Shown here in pieces: positions 46,252 to 55,835 of a stretch of 64,000 nt of DNA (within the stretch, counting starts at the first letter, position 1; every line of letters begins with the position of its first letter). Position numbers and translations under genes: made by a program. The notes below the pieces were generated by a model that ran no database searches, was not told the origin of the DNA, and saw only the letters and a program-made list of their open reading frames with translations. This DNA is from an uncultured virus (IMG/VR IMGVR_UViG_3300029305_005184) (taxonomy: Duplodnaviria; Heunggongvirae; Uroviricota; Caudoviricetes): IMG/VR virus record IMGVR_UViG_3300029305_005184. One strand, given 5' to 3'.

Positions 46252-47656
46252 GCGCGTAAAGGCGTTTATGAAGATTCAGAAGGCCTACCGCAAAGACCCT
46301 GTTCTCTTTGCCAAAGATGTGCTTGACTTTGAAGCGGATCAATATCAGGCCGCCGTCATGATGGATGTGGCGCAGGCCAACCGCGTTTCCGTGCGAAGCG
46401 GCCAGGGCGTGGGCAAGACAGGCCTGACCGCCGTTATCATTCTCTGGTTTCTGACCACATACCCCTACGCCCGCGTTGTATGCACTGCGCCCACCCGACA
46501 GCAGCTGCACGACGTTCTCTGGGCTGAGATTGAGAAATGGAGAAGCAAATCTCCGCTGCTCAACGCCATACTCAAATGGACAAAGACCTACGTTTACATG
46601 TCGGGTTTTGAAAAACGCTGGTTTGCCGTAGCAAGAACGGCCACAAAGCCGGAGAACATGCAGGGTTTCCACGAGGAAAACATGCTGTTCGTGATCGACG
46701 AAGCATCCGGTGTTGCAGAGCCCATCATGGAGGCGATTTTGGGTACGCTTTCCGGCCCCAATAACAAGCTGCTGATGTGCGGAAACCCTACGCAGACCAG
46801 TGGAACTTTTTATGATTCCCACAACCGGGATAAGGCTCTGTATCGCACCCATCGCATATCCAGCCGGGATTGTCCAAGAACCAACAAAGAGAACATTGCG
46901 GCGATGGAGCGGAAGTATGGCAAATACTCCAACTTCATACGGGTTCGCGTGGATGGAGAATTCCCCCTTCAGGAAGACGATGTATTCCTGAGCCTCTCCA
47001 TGTTGGAAAACAGCCTGCAGACGGAATGGGAGATGCGCCGTCCGCTGAAGATCGACATCGCCTGCGACGTTGCCCGGTTCGGCGACGACAAGACGATTAT
47101 CGCATACAAGATCAATGAAAAGGTGACGATTCACAGCAAGACGCAAGGCCGCGATCTGATGTCCACAGCCGACAAGATCGTAGAGCTGGGCGTTGAGCTT
47201 ATCCGCAAATATAAGTATAAAGGCACAATCCTGATTCGCATTGACGACAGCGGCGTGGGCGGCGGCGTGACCGACAGGCTGCGCCAGATCAAGAGCAAGT
47301 CTCCTTCCCGTTTTGCGTGGATGGAGGTTTTGCCTGTACATTTCGGCATGCGCATCAAGCACGCCTATTATCACGACTCCACCACTTACATGTACGGCGT
47401 GGTAAAAGAGTTGCTGAGCACTACGGACGAGGACGGCAAGCCAAAGCCCGTAGACCTGATTCTGCCAAACGATCAGGACTTGATTGCCCAGCTTTCAACG
47501 CGCAAATATGAAATGACAGACCGCTCCAAGATGCGCGTTGAGAGCAAGGATGAAGTAAAAAAACGCACCGGCACATCCCCGGATGAAGCGGACTGCATAT
47601 TGCTTTTGTGCCTGCCTGCAAGGGTACGCAAAAAGCCGACAAACAGGAAGGAGTAA
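46241..47656 (+). CDS. terL: terminase large subunit
   Basis: SGQGVGKT, VIDEASG, GNP, DVARFGDD, SPDEAD. Confidence 0.93.
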   Translation: MMNKRVKAFMKIQKAYRKDPVLFAKDVLDFEADQYQAAVMMDVAQANRVSVRSGQGVGKTGLTAVIILWFLTTYPYARVVCTAPTRQQLHDVLWAEIEKWRSKSPLLNAILKWTKTYVYMSGFEKRWFAVARTATKPENMQGFHEENMLFVIDEASGVAEPIMEAILGTLSGPNNKLLMCGNPTQTSGTFYDSHNRDKALYRTHRISSRDCPRTNKENIAAMERKYGKYSNFIRVRVDGEFPLQEDDVFLSLSMLENSLQTEWEMRRPLKIDIACDVARFGDDKTIIAYKINEKVTIHSKTQGRDLMSTADKIVELGVELIRKYKYKGTILIRIDDSGVGGGVTDRLRQIKSKSPSRFAWMEVLPVHFGMRIKHAYYHDSTTYMYGVVKELLSTTDEDGKPKPVDLILPNDQDLIAQLSTRKYEMTDRSKMRVESKDEVKKRTGTSPDEADCILLLCLPARVRKKPTNRKE

Positions 47657-47662
47657 ACAGCA

Positions 47663-49267
47663 ATGAACGAAGAAAACAAGCCCAAAGCTGCGCCTCGGCA
47701 AATGCACGTGCGCGTGGTTAAGGCAAAGGAAAATCCCGTTCAGCCTGTGAGCAAGGCCGAGCATGCAACCAACATCGCGCCGGAAAAAGACCGGGTGGCC
47801 GGCGATTGGCTGCAGCATCCGCTTGATTTCGACGGGTTGGATGTGCTTGTGCAGCACTCCACCATTCTGCCTCAGTGTATCAAGGCTTATCAGAACAATG
47901 TAGTCGGCTTTGGCATTGAAGTTGACTATGTTGACGATATTGACCAGAAGGAAGAAACCTCGGAAATGAAAACTGAGTATGACCGCATAAAACACATACT
48001 CGATCTTCTTTCCTTTGAATGCTCCACGCAGAACATGCTTGGACGCATGGTAGCCACCCGCGAGAGATATGGCATCGCCTATCTGGAGGTTATCCGCAAC
48101 CTAGCAAATGAAGTTGTCGAAATTGTCAACATCCGCAAACCCGGCAGCATATTCCAGACAACAGAACAAGACGAATATGTGGATGTTCCCTATTATTACA
48201 AAGGTGAAATCACCAATCGCAAGCGCAGATTCAGAAAGTTCAAGCAAGTGGTCGGCGCGGAAGTTTTGTATTTCAAGGAGTTCGGCGATCCGCGCATCAT
48301 GGACAGGCGCAACGGGCGCTATGTGACGGAATTGGAGCTTGAAAATCAGGCCAACGAACTGCTGGACTTCCCCATCGGCGACCAGCCATACGGCGAGGTA
48401 CGCTGGATCGGTCAGATCATGGGCGTAGACGGCGCACACCAGGCGGAAAAGCTGAACAACAATTATTTCCAGAATGGGCGCCATACGCCGCTGATGATTA
48501 TGATTCAGGGCGGCACGATGTCGGAAGAAAGCTACACCAAGCTGCAAGGGTATATGGAGGAAATCAAGGGCGAGGCCGGACAGCACGCCTTCCTTGTGGT
48601 GGAGTTTGAAAACACCGATACCGCAGCGGCCTTTGAGGAAACGAAAAACCCCACAGTGCAGGTGAAAGACCTTTCGCCCATGCTTCAGAAGGACGAGCTG
48701 TTTCAAGGCTATCTCGACAACGTGCGCAAGAAATGTCAATCTGCTTTCCAGCTGCCCGATCTCTATGTAGGTTACTGCACGGACTTCAACCGCGCAACGG
48801 CACAGACGGCAATGGAAATCACTGAAAAACAGGTGTTTATCCCATACCGAAACGAGCTTTCGTGGTTGATTAACCGCAGGCTTTTTGCTGAGTATCAGTT
48901 CAAGTACTGCGAGGTACGGTTCCGCGCCCCGGACGTAACCAACCCGGACGATCAGGCGAAGATACTGAACGTTGCCGAGCGCGCCGGCGGCGTAACGCCC
49001 AACGATGCACGCCAGATCGCCGCAAAGATGACCGGCGCAACTGCCGAGAACTACGAGGGCGATTGGGGCAACGTACCACTGGTATACACCAAAGCCCTTC
49101 AGGAAAAGGCGAATCAGAGTTTGTCCGAAAATGTGCTCAACCAGCTGGATGAACGCATACAGAAAGCCGCCGTCCACGACAGCGAGGAGCTTGTTGCCGT
49201 TATGAAGCAAGTTCGCAGGCTGCTTGTGGATATGGGCAAACAAAAGGGTGATGCAGATGTGCGTTGA
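47663..49267 (+). CDS. portal protein (PBSX/XkdE-like)
   Basis: Follows terL; YGEVRW, YFQNGRH.P, FNRATA, TPNDAR. Confidence 0.9.
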   Translation: MNEENKPKAAPRQMHVRVVKAKENPVQPVSKAEHATNIAPEKDRVAGDWLQHPLDFDGLDVLVQHSTILPQCIKAYQNNVVGFGIEVDYVDDIDQKEETSEMKTEYDRIKHILDLLSFECSTQNMLGRMVATRERYGIAYLEVIRNLANEVVEIVNIRKPGSIFQTTEQDEYVDVPYYYKGEITNRKRRFRKFKQVVGAEVLYFKEFGDPRIMDRRNGRYVTELELENQANELLDFPIGDQPYGEVRWIGQIMGVDGAHQAEKLNNNYFQNGRHTPLMIMIQGGTMSEESYTKLQGYMEEIKGEAGQHAFLVVEFENTDTAAAFEETKNPTVQVKDLSPMLQKDELFQGYLDNVRKKCQSAFQLPDLYVGYCTDFNRATAQTAMEITEKQVFIPYRNELSWLINRRLFAEYQFKYCEVRFRAPDVTNPDDQAKILNVAERAGGVTPNDARQIAAKMTGATAENYEGDWGNVPLVYTKALQEKANQSLSENVLNQLDERIQKAAVHDSEELVAVMKQVRRLLVDMGKQKGDADVR

Positions 49268-50837
49268 TTGCTCTCAACTGATTAAAGCCATAGACGCCTA
49301 TATCCTGAAGCAAAAAGATGATCTGGAGGATGCGCTCGATCAGGAAGGTTATCTGGAGGCCTCCGAAAGCACAGACGCCGCCCAGCGCTTTGAGGACGAG
49401 CTTGTCGATGTAATGAACGCCGACACGCAGAACGTGGCCGATCAGCTTGAAAAGGCGGACAGTCCGGAGGACTTCGTGGCTGATACATGGGAAACGATTC
49501 AGGAGGCATCTGCGCTGGCAGAAGACATCCGGGATGTGTTTGAAAACGGCTTGACCGAGCTGATTCCAAAGCTGGTTGAGGCATATTTGCAGGAGACGGA
49601 CATGTATCTGGTTGCGGATGTGATCAGCCAGAGAACCACAGATTGGATTGCAAATTGGAGTTATAACCTCGGCCAGATGATGAAGCTGACCAGCCACACC
49701 GGGCTTGAAAGCATCCTGACCGACGCCGTAGGCAACGGAAAAAGCGTCTACGAGGCCGCAGACGAGATCATGGACAAGGGCATCCGCTCCAATTACTCCC
49801 GCGCCAGATCCACCGCATTGACGGAGATGCTGACCGCCCACTCCGTAGCCAGAAATGAGGGGCTCATGCAAAGCCCGGCAGTGGAAGATAAGGAATGGCG
49901 GCATTCCGGCGGGCGCAGAAACAAGGTTCGCAAAAACCATGTAGCGATGGATGGAACGGTTGTTCCGAAGGACAAAAAGTTTGAACTGCGCGGCGCGGAC
50001 GGCGTGATGTATCATCCCGAATATCCAAGAGACCCCATCCTGCCGCCATCCGAGCGCGTAAATTGCCACTGCCTGCATCGCGGCATCGTGAACAGCGATA
50101 TTCTGGGATTGAGCCTTGACGAGCGCCGCAAACTGCAGCAACAAGCCATAGACGCAGATGATCGCCGCTGGGCTGAGGAACTGGACGATAAAAACCGTCA
50201 AAAAGCCGGAATTGAACCCGCTGGAAAAAGTGCAAACAGCTGGTTTCCAAACGGAAATCGTGGTATAATGGAGATAACGAAAACGGCTCAAAGATTCGAC
50301 ATAATTGCAGAGCCAAATGACGTGATTGATGTTGTCTACAAAAAAGGTGGCGTAAGCCGCGCTATCTACGACGAGGAAGGTAGAATCGTTCTTCGTATAG
50401 ATAACAACGATCATGGAAATTCGCGCAATCATCCGTTTGGCAACGGCGGAGCGCATTATCTGCTGGCTATCTATGACAAAGACGGTAACTTTGTAAAGTG
50501 GTCAAAAAACATGTCGCTCACCGCTAAGATGCGCCGTTGTTGTGCGGACATTCTCGAAGATACCCACGTTGGTTCGATTAAAGGAGCGGATACCATGCTT
50601 TATACTTATGAGGAGTTCATAGAGGCAATGGATGTCTACTATGAGGAGGTTATTTTTGATTATCAGGGAGTGCGTTATATAATCTCCATGAGCATCAAAC
50701 CAGACCCCCAAAAAGGCCTTTGGGGTTGTTTTGGCACTGACGGCTACGAGGTCTACGCCAATAATGCAGAGGAAATGCTGGACGCCGTTGTGATCGACGG
50801 CGAAAAGCTGCGCAATCTGCTGGACAAAATTGAATAA
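49257..50837 (+). CDS. MuF / SPP1 gp7-like minor head protein with toxin-like and immunity-like C-terminal extension
   Basis: TALTE, KEWRH, R..H..MDG, P.DP.LP..E.VNCHC; then NDHGN..HP..GAH; internal RBS+ATG at 50595. Confidence 0.8.
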   Translation: MCVDCSQLIKAIDAYILKQKDDLEDALDQEGYLEASESTDAAQRFEDELVDVMNADTQNVADQLEKADSPEDFVADTWETIQEASALAEDIRDVFENGLTELIPKLVEAYLQETDMYLVADVISQRTTDWIANWSYNLGQMMKLTSHTGLESILTDAVGNGKSVYEAADEIMDKGIRSNYSRARSTALTEMLTAHSVARNEGLMQSPAVEDKEWRHSGGRRNKVRKNHVAMDGTVVPKDKKFELRGADGVMYHPEYPRDPILPPSERVNCHCLHRGIVNSDILGLSLDERRKLQQQAIDADDRRWAEELDDKNRQKAGIEPAGKSANSWFPNGNRGIMEITKTAQRFDIIAEPNDVIDVVYKKGGVSRAIYDEEGRIVLRIDNNDHGNSRNHPFGNGGAHYLLAIYDKDGNFVKWSKNMSLTAKMRRCCADILEDTHVGSIKGADTMLYTYEEFIEAMDVYYEEVIFDYQGVRYIISMSIKPDPQKGLWGCFGTDGYEVYANNAEEMLDAVVIDGEKLRNLLDKIE

Positions 50838-50893
50838 CCCTTAAAGGCTGCGATTCATTCAGGATCGCAGCCTGATTCATTCCGATAAATCAA

Positions 50894-50936
50894 GCGCTGA
50901 CAAACGGCATAACGCCTCACGTCGGCGCTTTTTTTA
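50894..50936 (+). terminator. intrinsic terminator
   Basis: AGCGCTGAC...GTCGGCGCT followed by a T run; additional hairpin at 50846-50874. Confidence 0.6.
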
Positions 50937-51031
50937 TACCCATTTTTGGCAATCACACCGAAAGGAGGCAGGCGAGTGGTGGTTGGTCACATTATCAGAT
51001 TCCATCAAGCAAAGAAGGAGGTGAACAAGCG

Positions 51032-52423
51032 ATGAGCAACGTTGCCAAGTCCATTGAGATTACGGACGCCAAGATTCAGTTTGTTTCGCTGGTCGATAAG
51101 GCCGCAAACAAGAAGAAATTCCTGATCGCCAAGCAGGAAGACGGCGCCGCCCAATTCCAGACCTTCGGCAAGATCATCAAGGCGGACAGCGAAAAGCACC
51201 ATGTTACCGGCATCGTATATGAGCCGATGGTTGCCGACGCGCATGACAATTTCATGACCGAAGCCGAGATCGAAAAAGCCGCGCACTGGTTTTTGAAGAA
51301 TGGCGACAAGATCGACATTCAGCACTCCTTTGAAGAAGCAAAGGGTGTTTCGGTGGTGGAAAGCTCCGTCACCAAAGCCGATTGTACCATTGAGGGAGAA
51401 GAAATCAGGAAGGGCACCTGGATTATGACCGTTGAGATCACCGATGAAGACATCTGGAAAAGCGTCGAAAACGGCGATATTACCGGCCTTTCTATGGGTG
51501 GCGTCGGCAAGTATGCCGCAGAGGAAACCGAGCTTGAAAAAGGCGCACAGAAGCCGCAGGAAACACATACAGCCGAATCCGCCGGTGAAAAAACCGGCCT
51601 GATGAAGCGCCTTGCCAAGATGCTGGGCATTGAAATGATCGAGAAGGGTGAAGTGATGGACCTTTACAACAAAAGGAACATCAACGAGCGTTTCTGGACG
51701 GCCATTTACGCCCTGCGCGACGTGCTTTTCGAGTGGGATTACTATTCCTGCACCGAAAAGTGGGAAAGCGACGAAGAAAAGGTTCGCGAAGCTCTGGAGG
51801 ATTTCTCCACCATCATTTCTGAGCTTCTGAAAAGCGGCGAATCCATTACCAAGACGCTCAGCGAGGGCGCAAAGAACGGCATGGATGTATTCAGCAAGCC
51901 CGATTCCGCTGAAAGCGGCATCGAAAAGGCCGGAAAGAAGATGTCCGCCGCCAATAAAGCCCGTCTGACGGAGATCAGCCAAAGCCTGAGCGACTTTATC
52001 AAGGATTTTGACGATCCCGAACCCGAAGACAATCCCGACAACGATAACAACGATGAGGAGGACGACGACATGAAAAAGGAAGACATCCAGAAGATGATCG
52101 ACGAGAGCATTGAAAAGGCTCTCAAGCCGGTTGAGAAGGCCGAGAACCCGCAAACTCCCCCGGCTGCCGAAGCCAAGCCTGAGCTGACCGCCGAATCCGT
52201 TCAGAAGATGATCGAAGAAGCAGTTGCAAAGGCACTTCAGCCCGCCGAGCCCGTTCAGGAAATCGAAAAGACCGAAGAAGGTCCTCTCGATGAAGAGCGC
52301 GTTTCCAAGATGATCGAAACCGCCATTTCCGAAGTCCTGAAAGCCCGCGGCGTTCCCAGCCAGATCAACACCGAAAAGCCTGTTGAAAAGCAGGAGCAGC
52401 ACTATCTCCACGGCATTCTGTAA
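51032..52423 (+). CDS. XkdF-like prohead protease with scaffold region
   Basis: FVSLVDKAAN, GIVYEP, D.QH, GTWI, TGLSMGG; acidic IEKA repeats. Confidence 0.88.
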   Translation: MSNVAKSIEITDAKIQFVSLVDKAANKKKFLIAKQEDGAAQFQTFGKIIKADSEKHHVTGIVYEPMVADAHDNFMTEAEIEKAAHWFLKNGDKIDIQHSFEEAKGVSVVESSVTKADCTIEGEEIRKGTWIMTVEITDEDIWKSVENGDITGLSMGGVGKYAAEETELEKGAQKPQETHTAESAGEKTGLMKRLAKMLGIEMIEKGEVMDLYNKRNINERFWTAIYALRDVLFEWDYYSCTEKWESDEEKVREALEDFSTIISELLKSGESITKTLSEGAKNGMDVFSKPDSAESGIEKAGKKMSAANKARLTEISQSLSDFIKDFDDPEPEDNPDNDNNDEEDDDMKKEDIQKMIDESIEKALKPVEKAENPQTPPAAEAKPELTAESVQKMIEEAVAKALQPAEPVQEIEKTEEGPLDEERVSKMIETAISEVLKARGVPSQINTEKPVEKQEQHYLHGIL

Positions 52424-52444
52424 GAAATAAGGAGGAAATCGACC

Positions 52445-53368
52445 ATGAATAACGCTCAAATCGTCCGCAAGGCCATTACCACCACCGACCTGAAGGCCGG
52501 TGGTTATCTTTTGCCCGAACAGGCCAAGAAGTTCATCCTGCAGACCTTCGAGAAGACCGCTCTGGGCAATCTGATCCGCCATGAGCAGCGCACTTCCCGC
52601 GCCGGTGAGCTGGATAAGCTGGGCATCGACAAGCGCATCCTTCGCGCCAAGACCGAGAACGTTGACGACGGCTATCGTGCAAAGCCCAAGCACGACAAGA
52701 TCGAGTATGCGACCACCGCCGTGCGCCTGCCCTGGGAGATCACCGAAGAAACCCTGCGCGAGAACATCGAGGGTCAGAACTACGAGGAGCTGGTAACTGA
52801 CCTGATGACCACTCAGCTGGGCATTGACCGCGAAGACCTGCTGGTCAACGGCGACACTGAGACCGCGGAAGACAACGCCGATTACGACTTCCTGAAGGTA
52901 AATGACGGCTGGTACAAGCAGGCAAAGGCCGACGGTCATTCCGTGGACTTCTCCGCCGTTGCCGCCGGTGCTATGAGCATCGATGTATTCTACAACATGC
53001 TCAAGTCCGTGCCTGATAAGTACAACGACGGCAAGCTGAAGTGGATGATGTCTCCTTCCCGCGCTCAGGCATGGGAGCAGTACCTGCTGAACCAGATGAT
53101 CACCGCTGGCGGCGCTATCTCCGACAGCATCATGCGCGCCCCTGCCGGCATTGAGATCGTGCGCGTTCCCTCCATGCCTGCCGATTCCATCATGCTGACC
53201 AATCCCAAGAACCTGATCTGCGTTGATACTTACAATGTTATCATCCGCAAGACCACTGAGGGCAAGGAAGCTGTGATGCAGGACAAGCGCTTCTACACCG
53301 TTCACTTCGATTTCGATGCAGTGATCGAGGAACTCGACGCCATCGCCGTGGGTTACGGTCTGGCCTAA
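52445..53368 (+). CDS. major capsid protein (XkdG-like)
   Basis: GGYLLPEQA, LRENIEG, NGDT, DGW.K, LTNPKNL; strong RBS. Confidence 0.9.
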   Translation: MNNAQIVRKAITTTDLKAGGYLLPEQAKKFILQTFEKTALGNLIRHEQRTSRAGELDKLGIDKRILRAKTENVDDGYRAKPKHDKIEYATTAVRLPWEITEETLRENIEGQNYEELVTDLMTTQLGIDREDLLVNGDTETAEDNADYDFLKVNDGWYKQAKADGHSVDFSAVAAGAMSIDVFYNMLKSVPDKYNDGKLKWMMSPSRAQAWEQYLLNQMITAGGAISDSIMRAPAGIEIVRVPSMPADSIMLTNPKNLICVDTYNVIIRKTTEGKEAVMQDKRFYTVHFDFDAVIEELDAIAVGYGLA

Positions 53369-53392
53369 TTTCTGGAACAGGAGGATAGACGG

Positions 53393-53800
53393 ATGTTTCA
53401 CCTGCGTTTGACGCACGGCAAGAGCCATTACAATGGCTTTGTCCGTGCAACTCAGGCGCAGCCCGACGTCTACATTGAGGACGAAGCCGTTGCCAAGCAG
53501 TGCATTGACGGCGGCTTTTTCGCCCTCGTAGAAGCCGAGCGTGCCCCTGAAAACTGTAATAATGCAGACGGCGGACAAGATACCGCCGACAAAGAAAACG
53601 GCTCTCAGCCGGATTTCAACGCCGATATGAACAGCAACGGCGAATCGGGCGGCGATCCCGAAGACGATCTTGCGGAACTGAACTCCATGACCGTTCCCGA
53701 ACTCAAAGCGTATGCCGAAAATACCGGCATCGACCTGAAGGGCGCAACCAAGAAAAGCGACATCATTGCCGCGATTATGGCTGCGGAATCCGCGGAGTAA
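53393..53800 (+). CDS. YqbF-like protein with Rho-N/HeH C-terminal domain
   Basis: L.SMTVPELKAYA..GIDL..KKSDII. Confidence 0.7.
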   Translation: MFHLRLTHGKSHYNGFVRATQAQPDVYIEDEAVAKQCIDGGFFALVEAERAPENCNNADGGQDTADKENGSQPDFNADMNSNGESGGDPEDDLAELNSMTVPELKAYAENTGIDLKGATKKSDIIAAIMAAESAE

Positions 53801-53812
53801 GGAGGATGCGAT

Positions 53813-54205
53813 ATGCCTGACAGACCGTGGGTAAATCCGCAGGAGGTGCGCGATTATTCCGATTCCACGGACATCGCCGCCCGAAGCGACGACAAGCTGA
53901 AGATCGACATCACGAGAGCCGAGCAGGCGGTGATTGCCTACACCAATAACCGCTTTGATGCGCCGGAATACGCTGAAAAGCTGCCTGAGCCGGTGCGGCT
54001 TGCCGTGCTGCTGATCGCTGAACGGTACGCCGTAAAGGCGCGTCAGGCATCTCAGGCATACAAGAGCGAGACGCTTGACGATTGGAGCTATACCGCAAGC
54101 GAATCCCCGGACGATTTCGCCGATCTTGATCTGAGCGCACTGCTGGACGAATACAAACTAGGCGCGGCGACGGGTAATATCCGTTTCCGAATGCGCAGAT
54201 TGTAG
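53813..54205 (+). CDS. head-tail connector (YqbG-like)
   Basis: WVNPQEVRDYS, I.RAE, KSETLDDWSY. Confidence 0.75.
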   Translation: MPDRPWVNPQEVRDYSDSTDIAARSDDKLKIDITRAEQAVIAYTNNRFDAPEYAEKLPEPVRLAVLLIAERYAVKARQASQAYKSETLDDWSYTASESPDDFADLDLSALLDEYKLGAATGNIRFRMRRL

Positions 54206-54212
54206 GTGCAGC

Positions 54213-54584
54213 ATGGCGTTTCTGGATTTTTTAGATCATTCCTGCGACATCTACCACGTTATCGTTGAAGATACCTCTTTGGGCTATGGCATCGAAGGAA
54301 TCAAGAAGCGCCGCTATTCAAGCGAAGCGGACGCGACCTACAAATGCCATTTCGCTCAATCCGGCTCCAGCGGCACGGTGAATACCTATCACAGCGATCC
54401 CCCTCACACCCTGAACGAAGACCGCATAAAAGTTGTTTTTCCGCTAGAAGCGGACATTCGCGCAAACGATAAGGTGATCGACCACAGAACCGGCTTTGTG
54501 TATTACATGGAAATACCGCGCACGATTCGCAATCACCACAAATACGCATTTGTAAAGCGCGAAGGAAACGAGGCGGCACTATAA
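54213..54584 (+). CDS. head closure protein (XkdH/YqbH-like)
   Basis: LDHSCDIYH, CHF, DIR.NDKV, PR.IRNHH. Confidence 0.75.
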   Translation: MAFLDFLDHSCDIYHVIVEDTSLGYGIEGIKKRRYSSEADATYKCHFAQSGSSGTVNTYHSDPPHTLNEDRIKVVFPLEADIRANDKVIDHRTGFVYYMEIPRTIRNHHKYAFVKREGNEAAL

Positions 54585-55111
54585 TGGCAGGAAACGACAT
54601 TGTAGTGGACATGTCCGAATACGACGCCTTTTTTGCAAGGCTTAAACAGGCCGGAAACGGAGATTTCGAGAAAGAACTCCGATTATTCATCGAAGGTCTG
54701 GGCTATGAGTTTCTGCGGATTATCGAAGACGAAATCATCCGCATGGAGGCGGTGGACACGCGCTTGCTTCTGAACTCATTTCAAAAGGGCGGCGGCGAAA
54801 ACATCTGGGAGCTGAGCAACGGCGGCTTAAAGCTGGAGGTTGGCACCAACGTGAAGTACGCTGCTTATGTCAACGACGGACACTGGGCAAATCCTCAGGG
54901 CGTTGCGGTGAGATTTATACCGGGCAAATGGAGCGGAGACCGCTTCATTTATCAAAAGGGTTCTGATGAAGGTATGATTCTGCGCCAACAATGGGTGGAA
55001 GGTTATCACTACTGGGAGAGCGGTTTCAAAATACTGGAGGCGATGGTTCCTGATTTTCTGGAAGCCAAGCTGCAGGATTGGATGAACCGCTATTTCAGCA
55101 TGTTCAAATGA
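54584..55111 (+). CDS. HK97 gp10-like tail component
   Basis: VDTRLLLNSF, VGTNVKYA.YVNDGH. Confidence 0.82.
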   Translation: MAGNDIVVDMSEYDAFFARLKQAGNGDFEKELRLFIEGLGYEFLRIIEDEIIRMEAVDTRLLLNSFQKGGGENIWELSNGGLKLEVGTNVKYAAYVNDGHWANPQGVAVRFIPGKWSGDRFIYQKGSDEGMILRQQWVEGYHYWESGFKILEAMVPDFLEAKLQDWMNRYFSMFK

Positions 55112-55135
55112 TCTGGCGATGCGAGGTGATGAATT

Positions 55136-55585
55136 ATGATCGAGCAGGAGACGGCGGGAATCATCCGTTTTATCCGTGATGTGCTCAGCGAAGCGGTTGC
55201 CTATTTCTGGGATATACCGCAAGGCTTTCAAATGCCCGCCGTATATTTCCCGGTACCTGAAGCGGATTCCGCTGGCGACACGCTTTCGACTTACCAGCTC
55301 AGTTACGTCATGTACGTCAAGCTGTTCGCGGAAACGACTCAACAGGCGCAGAGCATGGCAATTCGCACGTTGCACGCCATACAGCAGTGCGGCAATCTGA
55401 TTCCCCTCTACAAAGAGGACGGAACAGCCGAAGGCTTTGGCTTTCGGCTGCGCGACCCGCAGATTAAGCCTGTAGACACCGGCATTTACCAGCTTACCTT
55501 ACAATGGAACAGCGCACGCGAATACAAGGAAGGCTCTGCGGCCAAAGCAAAGGAGATACACATAAACCTCACCCTCAATGGGTGA
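55136..55585 (+). CDS. tail terminator-like protein
   Basis: Synteny; IPQGF.MPAVYFP. Confidence 0.6.
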   Translation: MIEQETAGIIRFIRDVLSEAVAYFWDIPQGFQMPAVYFPVPEADSAGDTLSTYQLSYVMYVKLFAETTQQAQSMAIRTLHAIQQCGNLIPLYKEDGTAEGFGFRLRDPQIKPVDTGIYQLTLQWNSAREYKEGSAAKAKEIHINLTLNG

Positions 55586-55594
55586 TGCGGAGGT

Positions 55595-55834
55595 GTGAAC
55601 ATGGCAAAGACCCGAAAAGAGGGCGTTCCGGCAGAACAGGAAACTGTTCAGGAATCGCCCGTTTCATCTGCGGAGAAACCCCGTTTTTCCGTGGCGGCGC
55701 TTCGCGCTTCTGCGCGAAAGCTGTTCGACGTGTCGATTAGCACATACGACGCGGCGACATACAAGCTCACCGGCGAATACACGGTAGACGCCATGCGTGA
55801 GCACATCAACAAGTGGCTGAAGGAGGGCTATTGA
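55595..55834 (+). CDS. small protein preceding sheath (YqzN/YkzM-like)
   Basis: FS..ALR..A..LF.V; YT...I.KWL. Confidence 0.65.
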   Translation: MNMAKTRKEGVPAEQETVQESPVSSAEKPRFSVAALRASARKLFDVSISTYDAATYKLTGEYTVDAMREHINKWLKEGY

Positions 55835-55835
55835 T

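Noticed and set aside
51005..53578. 857-aa minus-strand ORF, and similar long antisense ORFs (11793..13082, 46214..47374, 48101..49243, 55806..57218)
   Set aside because: Shadow frames opposite well-supported genes; no RBS or recognisable motifs
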